Below are positions 57,502 to 64,000 of a stretch of 64,000 nucleotides of DNA, in pieces. The notes under the pieces are model-generated. The model worked only from the letters and a program-made list of their open reading frames with translations. It was not told the DNA's origin and did not search any database. This DNA is from Thermomicrobiales bacterium (lineage in GTDB: Bacteria > Chloroflexota > Chloroflexia > Thermomicrobiales > UBA6265): assembly GCA_045804965.1 (NCBI GenBank), contig JBJMMD010000037.1, positions 9,989 through 73,988 on the forward strand, read 5' to 3'. The translations under genes and the position numbers were made by a program. The first letter of the stretch is position 1; each line of letters opens with the position of its first letter.

Positions 57502-58053
57502 ATGGGACGAGTGACGGCGGCGAACAGAGCGCGAGAGTCGCTCGCCGTCCCGTTCGCTTTGGCCGCGGTTGTCGCCGCTCTAGATCAGATCACGAAGTCA
57601 GTCGTGACCCGCCAGTTGGGGCAAACTGCCGACGATCATCGCGTTGAGATCGCAGGGCGCTTCGTCGCGTTCGAATATGTCGAGAACAGCGGCGCCGCAT
57701 TTGGACTTCTCCGCGGCCAAACAGTCGTATTGACTATGGTTTCCATTGCCGTTGTCGTCGTCCTCATCGCTTCCTATCGGCGGGCCCAGCATGTCTCCTG
57801 GCAACTCGTCGTCGGTCTCGGGTTATTGCTTGGCGGCGCGATTGGTAATCTCGTCGACCGGCTCCGGCTCGGTTACGTCGTCGATTTTGTCGCGATTTCG
57901 CTGTGGCCGAAGTTCAACATCGCCGACAGCGCCATCACCATCGGCGTCATACTTATTGCCTGGCACGCCTTTGCTCGCGATCGTCTCGTGCCGAGTCCGT
58001 CCTTCGCGCCCGAAATCGGTCCGATCGCGCCAAACCAAGACATGTCGAAGTGA
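57502..58053 (+). CDS. lspA: Lipoprotein signal peptidase (signal peptidase II)
   Basis: Four TM helices with conserved motifs NSGAAFG and GGAIGNLVDR and a FNIADSAI catalytic Asp region. Confidence 0.92.
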   Translation: MGRVTAANRARESLAVPFALAAVVAALDQITKSVVTRQLGQTADDHRVEIAGRFVAFEYVENSGAAFGLLRGQTVVLTMVSIAVVVVLIASYRRAQHVSWQLVVGLGLLLGGAIGNLVDRLRLGYVVDFVAISLWPKFNIADSAITIGVILIAWHAFARDRLVPSPSFAPEIGPIAPNQDMSK

Positions 58054-59057
58054 ACAGCGGCGAATGGGTTGGTGAGGGCTCAGCCTCGATTGACGACCTT
58101 GAGCTTGAGCCGGATGTGTCGTATTTGGAGCTAGTCGTCGGGCAAGAGGCCGACTGCACGCGCCTCGATAGTTTCGTGACCGAGCGCGCCCGCGGCTTGA
58201 GTCGAAACCATGTACAGCACTTGATTGAATCGGGACATGTCCTCGTCGACGGCGTTCCCCGGAAGCGGTCGTTCAAGCTCTCACATGGCGAGCTGGTGAC
58301 CGTTCAGATTCCACCGCCGACCGTGGAATCGCTTGAGCCTGAAAACATTCCGCTCGATATCGTCTATGAGGACCGGGACCTGATCGTCCTGAACAAATCG
58401 GCCGGAATGGTCGTGCATCCCGCGCCAGGCAACACGCGCGGCACGTTGGTCAATGCCCTTCTCCATCATGCGCCCGAGATCAACGTCGCCGGCAGCAACC
58501 GTCCTGGCATCGTCCACCGGCTTGACAAGGACACCTCGGGCCTAATGGTCGTCGCCAAGACCGACCGCGCGAAGGAGGCGCTGCTCGGGCAATGGCAGGC
58601 GCGGACCGTGCGCAAGGAGTACGTTGCGTTGGTGCGAGGTGTTGTCGAGCCGGACGAAGCGACGATCGACGCGCCGGTGGGGCGGGATCCACTCGATCGC
58701 AAGCGGATGGCGATTTTGGCAACCGGCCGGGCGGCAACTACTCATTTCCGCGTCCGCGAACGATTTCCCGCGGCGTCACTTCTTGAACTTGAGCTCGAAA
58801 CTGGGCGGACGCATCAGATTCGGGTTCATCTCAACTTCATTGGTCATCCGATTGTGGGTGACGCCGTCTACAATCGACAAACGGACAAATTCGGCGGCAA
58901 GCATTCGATCTCGTCAAGACAGTTTCTGCACGCTACTGGATTGAGCTTCAATCTCCCTTCGGACAAACGCATGTCGTTTCACACTGAACTTCCCGCAGAT
59001 CTTCAAGTCATACTGCGTGCGCTCAGATCCGGGTCTCTCTCCGGAAATACAGGGTAG
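58050..59057 (+). CDS. rluD: 23S rRNA pseudouridine synthase, RluD subfamily
   Basis: An S4-like N-terminal domain (RLDSFV...), the catalytic motif HRLDKDTSGLMVVAK, and THQIRVH. The GTG start at 58050 overlaps the lspA stop (GTGA). The upstream part of ORF 57903.. is rejected. Confidence 0.92.
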   Translation: MNSGEWVGEGSASIDDLELEPDVSYLELVVGQEADCTRLDSFVTERARGLSRNHVQHLIESGHVLVDGVPRKRSFKLSHGELVTVQIPPPTVESLEPENIPLDIVYEDRDLIVLNKSAGMVVHPAPGNTRGTLVNALLHHAPEINVAGSNRPGIVHRLDKDTSGLMVVAKTDRAKEALLGQWQARTVRKEYVALVRGVVEPDEATIDAPVGRDPLDRKRMAILATGRAATTHFRVRERFPAASLLELELETGRTHQIRVHLNFIGHPIVGDAVYNRQTDKFGGKHSISSRQFLHATGLSFNLPSDKRMSFHTELPADLQVILRALRSGSLSGNTG

Positions 59058-59061
59058 TTCG

Positions 59062-60360
59062 TTGGTTTCCACACCAGAGGATTTGATCCTCGCGCTCTTT
59101 TCCGCCGCCGTCTCCGCCGCCGATCCCGCAGCGGCAGTCGCGCGAACGATCGTTTGTCTCGAACTCGATTTGTCGGTTGCCGGACAGACGATCCATACAC
59201 CCGGGCGAGTCGTCGTTGCCGGCGTGGGCAAAGCGGCCGTCGCGATGGCGAGAGGGCTCGACCTTACGTGCGGCCGCGCGATCAGCGAAGGGCTGCTCGT
59301 TACCAAGGACGGGCACGCCGGCAAGCGGCCGGCGCGATTCACCGTTCGCGAGGCGGCGCACCCCATTCCCGATGAGCGCAGCGTGGCGGCGGCGAAGGAA
59401 CTGTTGGACTTGGTGGGCACTTGCGGAGAAAGCGACGTGGTCATCGCGCTCATCTCGGGCGGGGGCTCTGCCCTGATCGAAGCGCCTCGCCCATCGTTGG
59501 CACTCGATGACCTAGGGAAGACAACCGATCTCCTCTTGCGGGCGGGAGCGCCTATCGAGGACTTGAACGCGGTTAGGACTCCGTTGAGTCTTGTCAAGGG
59601 CGGTGGGTTGCGGCGAGCGGCGCCCGAAGCCATTTTTGTTTCTCTTTTACTCTCGGATGTGCTGAGCAATGATGCCCATGTGATCGCCAGCGGACCGACC
59701 GTCCTCAGTACAGCTCCAGCAACTCGCGCACTTGAGATCCTCTCCATCTACGGTCTGATTGACCGCGTGCCATCGCAGGTCCTCTCGGTCCTGCGGGTGG
59801 AGAAGACGGCTGAAATGGAACCGGTGGCTGCGTCCGCAGACGACGTCGTCGTTATCGTTGCCGACAACGGTGCCGCCGTTGAGGCGGCGCGAGCGGAAGC
59901 GGTTGCCCACGAAAAGAGCGTTAAGGTCGTGTGGTTCGCAAAATCGGGTGAAGCAGCCGACTTGGGTCGAGCGTGGGTCCAGGAGTGCGTTGCGGTTGAT
60001 CAGTCTGTCGAGGTATTGCTCGGTGGCGGAGAGGCGACCGTGACTGTCCGGGGGAACGGCGTCGGGGGCCGAAACACGGAATTCGCCGCCGCTGCCTGCG
60101 CCGAATTGAATCGTCTCGGCGTCCACGAGTGGACGATTGGCAGTTTGGCGACCGATGGACAAGATGGGACGACCGAGTTCGCTGGCGCGTTTGGCGACCG
60201 TTTAACGTGGCGTCGAGCACTTGAAAATGGTGTCGATCCTGAGCAAGCGCTTGCAAACAACGACACCGCTTCGATCTTTGCCGCGGCGGGAGGCGTGGTG
60301 CGGACAGGTCCGACCGGGACAAACGTGAACGATCTCTATATCGCCGTTCGACGATGCTAA
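59062..60360 (+). CDS. Glycerate 2-kinase / hydroxypyruvate-reductase-like protein (DUF4147 + MOFRL domains)
   Basis: Shows VVAGVGKAAVAMA, LISGGGSALIE, and C-terminally GEATVTVRGNGVGGRNTEFA and TDGQDGTT, typical of the TtuD/GckA family. The start is uncertain (TTG at 59062 just after the rluD stop, or ATG at 59017 overlapping it). Confidence 0.85.
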   Translation: MVSTPEDLILALFSAAVSAADPAAAVARTIVCLELDLSVAGQTIHTPGRVVVAGVGKAAVAMARGLDLTCGRAISEGLLVTKDGHAGKRPARFTVREAAHPIPDERSVAAAKELLDLVGTCGESDVVIALISGGGSALIEAPRPSLALDDLGKTTDLLLRAGAPIEDLNAVRTPLSLVKGGGLRRAAPEAIFVSLLLSDVLSNDAHVIASGPTVLSTAPATRALEILSIYGLIDRVPSQVLSVLRVEKTAEMEPVAASADDVVVIVADNGAAVEAARAEAVAHEKSVKVVWFAKSGEAADLGRAWVQECVAVDQSVEVLLGGGEATVTVRGNGVGGRNTEFAAAACAELNRLGVHEWTIGSLATDGQDGTTEFAGAFGDRLTWRRALENGVDPEQALANNDTASIFAAAGGVVRTGPTGTNVNDLYIAVRRC

Positions 60361-60413
60361 CGGCTTTGCTATAGTCCTTTGCAGCGGCCCAGGGGCGACA
60401 ACAGGAGGATCGT

Positions 60414-62147
60414 ATGCAAGGCGCGCGAGCGCTTGTCCACGTGCTTATCGAATCGGGAGTCGAGCACATATTTGGTTTGCCGGGTGACACCGGCATAGCG
60501 CTTTACGATGCGCTCTTCGATCGTGCCGCCGATATCACGCACGTCATGACCCGCGACGAACGGTCGGCCTCGTTCATGGCCGATGTCTATGCGCGGGTCA
60601 GCAGCCGCCTCGGCGTTTGCGAAGGTCCAAGCGGCGGCGGCGCGACCTACATCGTGCCTGGCGTTGCCGAGGCGCAAGGCTCGGCAATACCGTTGCTTTG
60701 CCTAACGACCGATACCCCGGTCAATCAGCACGGGCGCGGCGTCCTCACGGAACTCGATCAGGAATCACTTTTTCGCCCGATCACTAAGTGGAACACGCGG
60801 ATTAATGCGTCGACGACGATGGCGGAAATGACGCGCCGCGCGGTCCGGATGGCGATGAGTGGCCGCCCGGGAGCTGTGCATCTTTCGCTCCCCGTCGATA
60901 GTCTCGAAGGCGAAACGCCGGACGACTCGATTTATGGCATGGACGACTTCACGCTGGCCCCCGCGCTGCGGACTCGACCTGACCCACTTCTCGTGCAACG
61001 AGCGGCGGACGCGATCGCTCAAGCGAGCCGGCCGGTCATAGTTGCCGGGGGAGGCGTCATGACTTCGCAGGCGTGGGACGAGCTCACGCTGCTCGCAGAG
61101 ACGCTCAACATTCCCGTCGCCACCTCGATCAATGGCAAGGGAAGCGTCGCGGATACGAGCCCCGTGTCGATCGGCATTGTCGGTGGCAATGGCGCGCGCA
61201 GCTACACGAATGCCGTCGTGCGCAATGCCGATCTTGTGATCTTCATTGGGACTCGGACCGATTCGACGACGACTGATCACTGGCGCGTGCCGCTGATTCA
61301 TGGTTCCGTTGCCGCGATCCAGATCGACGTCGAACCGTTTGAAATCGGGAACAACTACCGGCTCGTGGCACCGGTTGCGGGCGATGCGAAACTCACCCTC
61401 GCCGACCTCTTGGCCGCAATCGCCGATCCGGCAAGGATCGCCGCGCAAAATCGAGAGCGGATTGACGCGTTGGTGGCCGAACGGGACCGCTATTGGGCTG
61501 ATATCCAACGGCAAGCGCGGTCCGAAAGCCAGCCGATCAAACCTCAACTGGTGGTGCGAGTGATGCGCGAGTTGCTCGACGATGACGCGCTCATCGTCGC
61601 CGATCCCGGGACACCCACACCATACATCGGTGCTCAGTACGAGCTCCGGCGCGCGGGCCGAACGACCGTCATTCCCCGCGCCCACGGCGGCTTGGGCTAT
61701 GCGATTCCAGGTGTCGTCGGGGCTTACTTCGCCGCCCCCGAGCGGCGCATCGTCGGCATGACTGGCGACGGCAGTTTTGGGATGTCGGTGGGTGAGCTCG
61801 AAACGATCACCCGTTTCAGTATGCCGGTCGTCATCATTCAATGTAGTAACGGATCGTTCGGTTGGATCAAGGAACTCCAGCACCTCTACCACGACGACCG
61901 CTACTTCTCCGTTGATTTCAATCCAGTCGATTATGCCGCGATCGCACGCGGTTTCGGGTTTCAGGCCACGCAAGTCGTCGATCCGACCAATCTCGAGACC
62001 GCAATTGCCACAGCCCTCGCCGATGGACGACCGTATTTCGTCGATGTTGTCACCGAGTCGCAAATTACCGAGACACCGCCGGTCGCGCCATGGATTGAAG
62101 GCGAGGCGAAGCGCATCGAAGGCTCAGTTATAGAGACTCGCCATTGA
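60414..62147 (+). CDS. Thiamine-diphosphate-dependent enzyme (acetolactate synthase large subunit / glyoxylate carboligase-like)
   Basis: The three-domain ThDP layout is present: N-terminal GVEHIFGLPGD, a central domain, and the C-terminal ThDP motif GDGSFGMSVGELETI...N. Confidence 0.88.
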   Translation: MQGARALVHVLIESGVEHIFGLPGDTGIALYDALFDRAADITHVMTRDERSASFMADVYARVSSRLGVCEGPSGGGATYIVPGVAEAQGSAIPLLCLTTDTPVNQHGRGVLTELDQESLFRPITKWNTRINASTTMAEMTRRAVRMAMSGRPGAVHLSLPVDSLEGETPDDSIYGMDDFTLAPALRTRPDPLLVQRAADAIAQASRPVIVAGGGVMTSQAWDELTLLAETLNIPVATSINGKGSVADTSPVSIGIVGGNGARSYTNAVVRNADLVIFIGTRTDSTTTDHWRVPLIHGSVAAIQIDVEPFEIGNNYRLVAPVAGDAKLTLADLLAAIADPARIAAQNRERIDALVAERDRYWADIQRQARSESQPIKPQLVVRVMRELLDDDALIVADPGTPTPYIGAQYELRRAGRTTVIPRAHGGLGYAIPGVVGAYFAAPERRIVGMTGDGSFGMSVGELETITRFSMPVVIIQCSNGSFGWIKELQHLYHDDRYFSVDFNPVDYAAIARGFGFQATQVVDPTNLETAIATALADGRPYFVDVVTESQITETPPVAPWIEGEAKRIEGSVIETRH

Positions 62148-63088
62148 GCGCGGAGCGAATTCCCGTCTTGCTCGATGTCGACACAGGGGTCGACGATGCT
62201 CTCGCCTTGGGGTTGGCAGTCTTCTGGCCGGCCGATCTTCTTTCCGTGTCGACGCTAGCGGGCAACGTCAATGCGCAGTTGACAACCGCGAACACGCTCG
62301 CGGTGCTAGACTCGATTGGAGCGTCAAATGTGCCGGTTTGCCGGGGGGCGAGCCGCCCGCTAATCAAGCCGCACGTCGCCGCTACGCATGTCCACGGCGA
62401 CACCGGTCTCGGAACGGCGGTCCTTCCGGCGAGCGCACGGACCGAGATGAGGGAAAAGGGTCCGGCTTCGATCGTGCGGCTCGCGCGCGAGCGACAAGGC
62501 GAGCTCATACTCGTCTGTGTGGGGCCGCTGACCAACTTGGCAATCGCGCTCAACGTTGAACCCGACCTCGCGCATTGGCTGCGCAAAGTGGTCATTATGG
62601 GCGGTGCGTATGCCGTGGCGGGCAACGTCACACCACACGCCGAGTTCAATATCTATGTTGACCCCGACGCCGCGCAACAGGTCCTCTCGGCTGGGATTCC
62701 TGACATCACGCTAGTTGGACTCGATGTTTCCCACCAAACCGTTTTGCCGCGGACCGCGTGGGAGACGGCGCGACGGCTCACATCTCCAACCGCAGTTTTG
62801 GTGGCTGAAGTCTGCAAGCAGGCCTTCCAGGAAACGTCGCGCGGCGGCGTTTATCTCCACGATCCGCTCGCGCTCGCCATCGCGCTCGATCCGAGGCTCG
62901 CCGATTGCGAAGACATGTCCGTGCGAGTCACGCTCGAAGGAGAAGAGCGCGGACGAACGGTCACTTCACCGGGGGGACAGCACAAAGTTGCCCGCTCGGT
63001 GGACATCGAGCGGTTTCTCTCGCGGTTCGCGGAGTCGTTTGGACTACCAGTCGAGGCGATGCTGAACCCGGGAGAAAACCCGCTTTAG
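62144..63088 (+). CDS. Nucleoside hydrolase (inosine-uridine-preferring IUNH family)
   Basis: The N-terminal aspartate cluster is IPVLLDVDTGVDDALAL. The 314 aa length fits. The TTG start overlaps the upstream stop (TTGA). Confidence 0.9.
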   Translation: MSAERIPVLLDVDTGVDDALALGLAVFWPADLLSVSTLAGNVNAQLTTANTLAVLDSIGASNVPVCRGASRPLIKPHVAATHVHGDTGLGTAVLPASARTEMREKGPASIVRLARERQGELILVCVGPLTNLAIALNVEPDLAHWLRKVVIMGGAYAVAGNVTPHAEFNIYVDPDAAQQVLSAGIPDITLVGLDVSHQTVLPRTAWETARRLTSPTAVLVAEVCKQAFQETSRGGVYLHDPLALAIALDPRLADCEDMSVRVTLEGEERGRTVTSPGGQHKVARSVDIERFLSRFAESFGLPVEAMLNPGENPL

Positions 63089-63217
63089 TACTGTAAGCAC
63101 AGAACCGCGGACGCCGCAAATCGCGTACTATCGTGCACAATGCATGCTGTGTAACCGTGAAGGGCTATGCAAGCAATTGCTAAAATAGAGGATCAGCGCA
63201 GGGACAGGAGGAGAGCC

Positions 63218-63814
63218 ATGAGCGATGCAGTTACCATCATCGATCAGGCTCCGCTTCAAGACAGAGATCTACTTCAGCGCCTGAGCGTCTACTTTGACGG
63301 CTTCCACACTCGGCTGCGCCAGGGGCAAGGTTGGTTCATCTTTAACGCTCCGGGCGGCCGCGCGAACCGAATCACCAGCTTTATCCAATATCGGCTTTCT
63401 GACTACCGCCCCGCGGTAAGCGCCTGCTTCATTCCATGGCGCGACTTTGCGATCAATGCCTATATCAAAGAAATCGGTCTCTCGGAACTTTCTCCGGAAA
63501 TCGAGTCTTCGATGCCCGACCCGAGAGTCAAGCAGGAATACGAAATCGCCGTCCAAATCACGAGGAAAACACTGAACGAGATGAGCTTCTCCGATGTGCT
63601 CGTGTTGAGCGGGCTCAAGCCTAGCCATGAGCATGAAGCGATCTTCTTGGATCAGATGCTCGAAGAGCGCTATCGCCAGAAACTGGCGACGATCTTGCTC
63701 ACGCCGGATATGCCCCAGGAATTAGAAGCAGAGTTCGAATCGCTTGATCCCTCACATGCTGTGTGGGAGCGGCTGTTCCAACGCATGTATGAAACGAGCT
63801 TGGTGGCTCTTTAA
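63218..63814 (+). CDS. DnaC/IstB-like AAA+ fold protein with degenerate Walker A and B motifs
   Basis: The ATG at 63218 lies behind AGGAGGAGAG. The segment order matches DnaC/IstB. GWFIFNAPGGRANRITSF sits where xLLLxGPxGxGKTHLA is expected. SDVLVLSGLKP sits where LLIxDExG is expected. IFLDQMLEERYRQKLATILLTPDMP sits where LFxxIxxRYExxSxIxTSN is expected. The assignment is by eye only. Confidence 0.55.
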   Translation: MSDAVTIIDQAPLQDRDLLQRLSVYFDGFHTRLRQGQGWFIFNAPGGRANRITSFIQYRLSDYRPAVSACFIPWRDFAINAYIKEIGLSELSPEIESSMPDPRVKQEYEIAVQITRKTLNEMSFSDVLVLSGLKPSHEHEAIFLDQMLEERYRQKLATILLTPDMPQELEAEFESLDPSHAVWERLFQRMYETSLVAL

Positions 63815-63832
63815 GTGGTAGAAGTATTGGTT

Positions 63833-64000
63833 CTATTTTAGTCGCCGCAGCGCGAATTCCGCGATGTCCGAGAGCATTTCCGAAGTTTCGAGGTCGGGTA
63901 CCACCCGAGCGGCCATCTTAGCACGCTCGACATAAACGCGAGCGATCGCGACCGACTCTTCGATGGCGCCGGAGCGACGAATTGATGCAACAACCTCGTC
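63833..64000 (-). CDS. 3' end of an unidentified gene running off the window (partial)
   Basis: The reverse-strand frame is open from the window edge to a TAG (cta at 63833..63835). It encodes ...DEVVASIRRSGAIEESVAIARVYVERAKMAARVVPDLETSEMLSDIAEFALRRLK. Codon third positions are GC-rich like the neighbouring genes. The product is unknown. Confidence 0.35.
   Translation of the reverse strand, partial: DEVVASIRRSGAIEESVAIARVYVERAKMAARVVPDLETSEMLSDIAEFALRRLK

Noticed and set aside
60765-62063. 432-aa minus-strand ORF antisense to the ThDP enzyme gene
   Set aside because: It is a shadow ORF with an Arg/Gly/Asp-rich nonsense-like sequence. The plus-strand frame has unmistakable ThDP-enzyme motifs.
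63218-63814. IS21-type mobile element (IstB helper)
   Set aside because: There is no IstA transposase gene and no terminal inverted repeat. The ATPase motifs are destroyed. I therefore treat it as a stand-alone degenerate AAA+ protein, not a mobile element.

Overview
GC-rich bacterial chromosomal segment, tightly packed with about 60 protein-coding genes. I found no rRNA, tRNA, CRISPR array, transposase, integrase or prophage block by eye. Almost everything is core housekeeping. This includes ribosomal proteins L32, L28, L31, L27, L21 and S1, plus RecG, RadA, ClpC, CoaD, RsmD, RluD, LspA, MurG, TrpS and QueG. There is a fatty-acid-kinase operon (DAK2/FakA plus two DegV/FakB genes) and a heme block (hemC-hemD fusion, hemB, hemQ/chdC, hemE). 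Two sensor kinases are present, one of them paired with an OmpR-type regulator. The window also carries a DUF47-PiT phosphate transporter pair, a peptide-type ABC importer without ATPase genes, and assorted metabolic enzymes. Gene order follows the Terrabacteria pattern (Firmicutes/Actinobacteria/Chloroflexota-like): rpmB divergent from fakA-fakB-fakB-recG-rsmD-x-coaD-x-yceD-rpmF, then dksA-like-lspA-rluD, rplU-rpmA and clpC-radA. The phylum call is inference only. Many genes are translationally coupled through 1-nt or 4-nt overlaps (ATGA, GTGA, TTGA). Three convergent gene pairs share overlapping stop codons. I did NOT find a convincing self-contained novel multi-gene system such as a defence island, secretion system or biosynthetic cluster. 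The best second-look candidates are listed here. (1) A phased 12-nt direct-repeat array sits in an unusually long, lower-GC gap between the PhoR-like kinase and trpS, next to an unannotated small minus-strand ORF. (2) A stand-alone DnaC/IstB-like AAA+ protein has lost both Walker motifs. (3) Low-complexity acidic Ala/Glu/Pro/Thr extensions occur on several ribosomal proteins (L31, L21, L27, S1) and a long N-terminal extension on RecG. (4) A 763-aa lineage-specific surface protein has internal repeats. (5) A PhoP-box-like direct repeat lies in front of the DUF47-PiT operon. (6) A small lower-GC XRE-regulator islet carries an unknown divergent ORF. The many long antisense ORFs in the ORF track are treated as GC-driven shadow ORFs. 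Start codons are often uncertain because GTG/TTG starts are common; stop coordinates are reliable.
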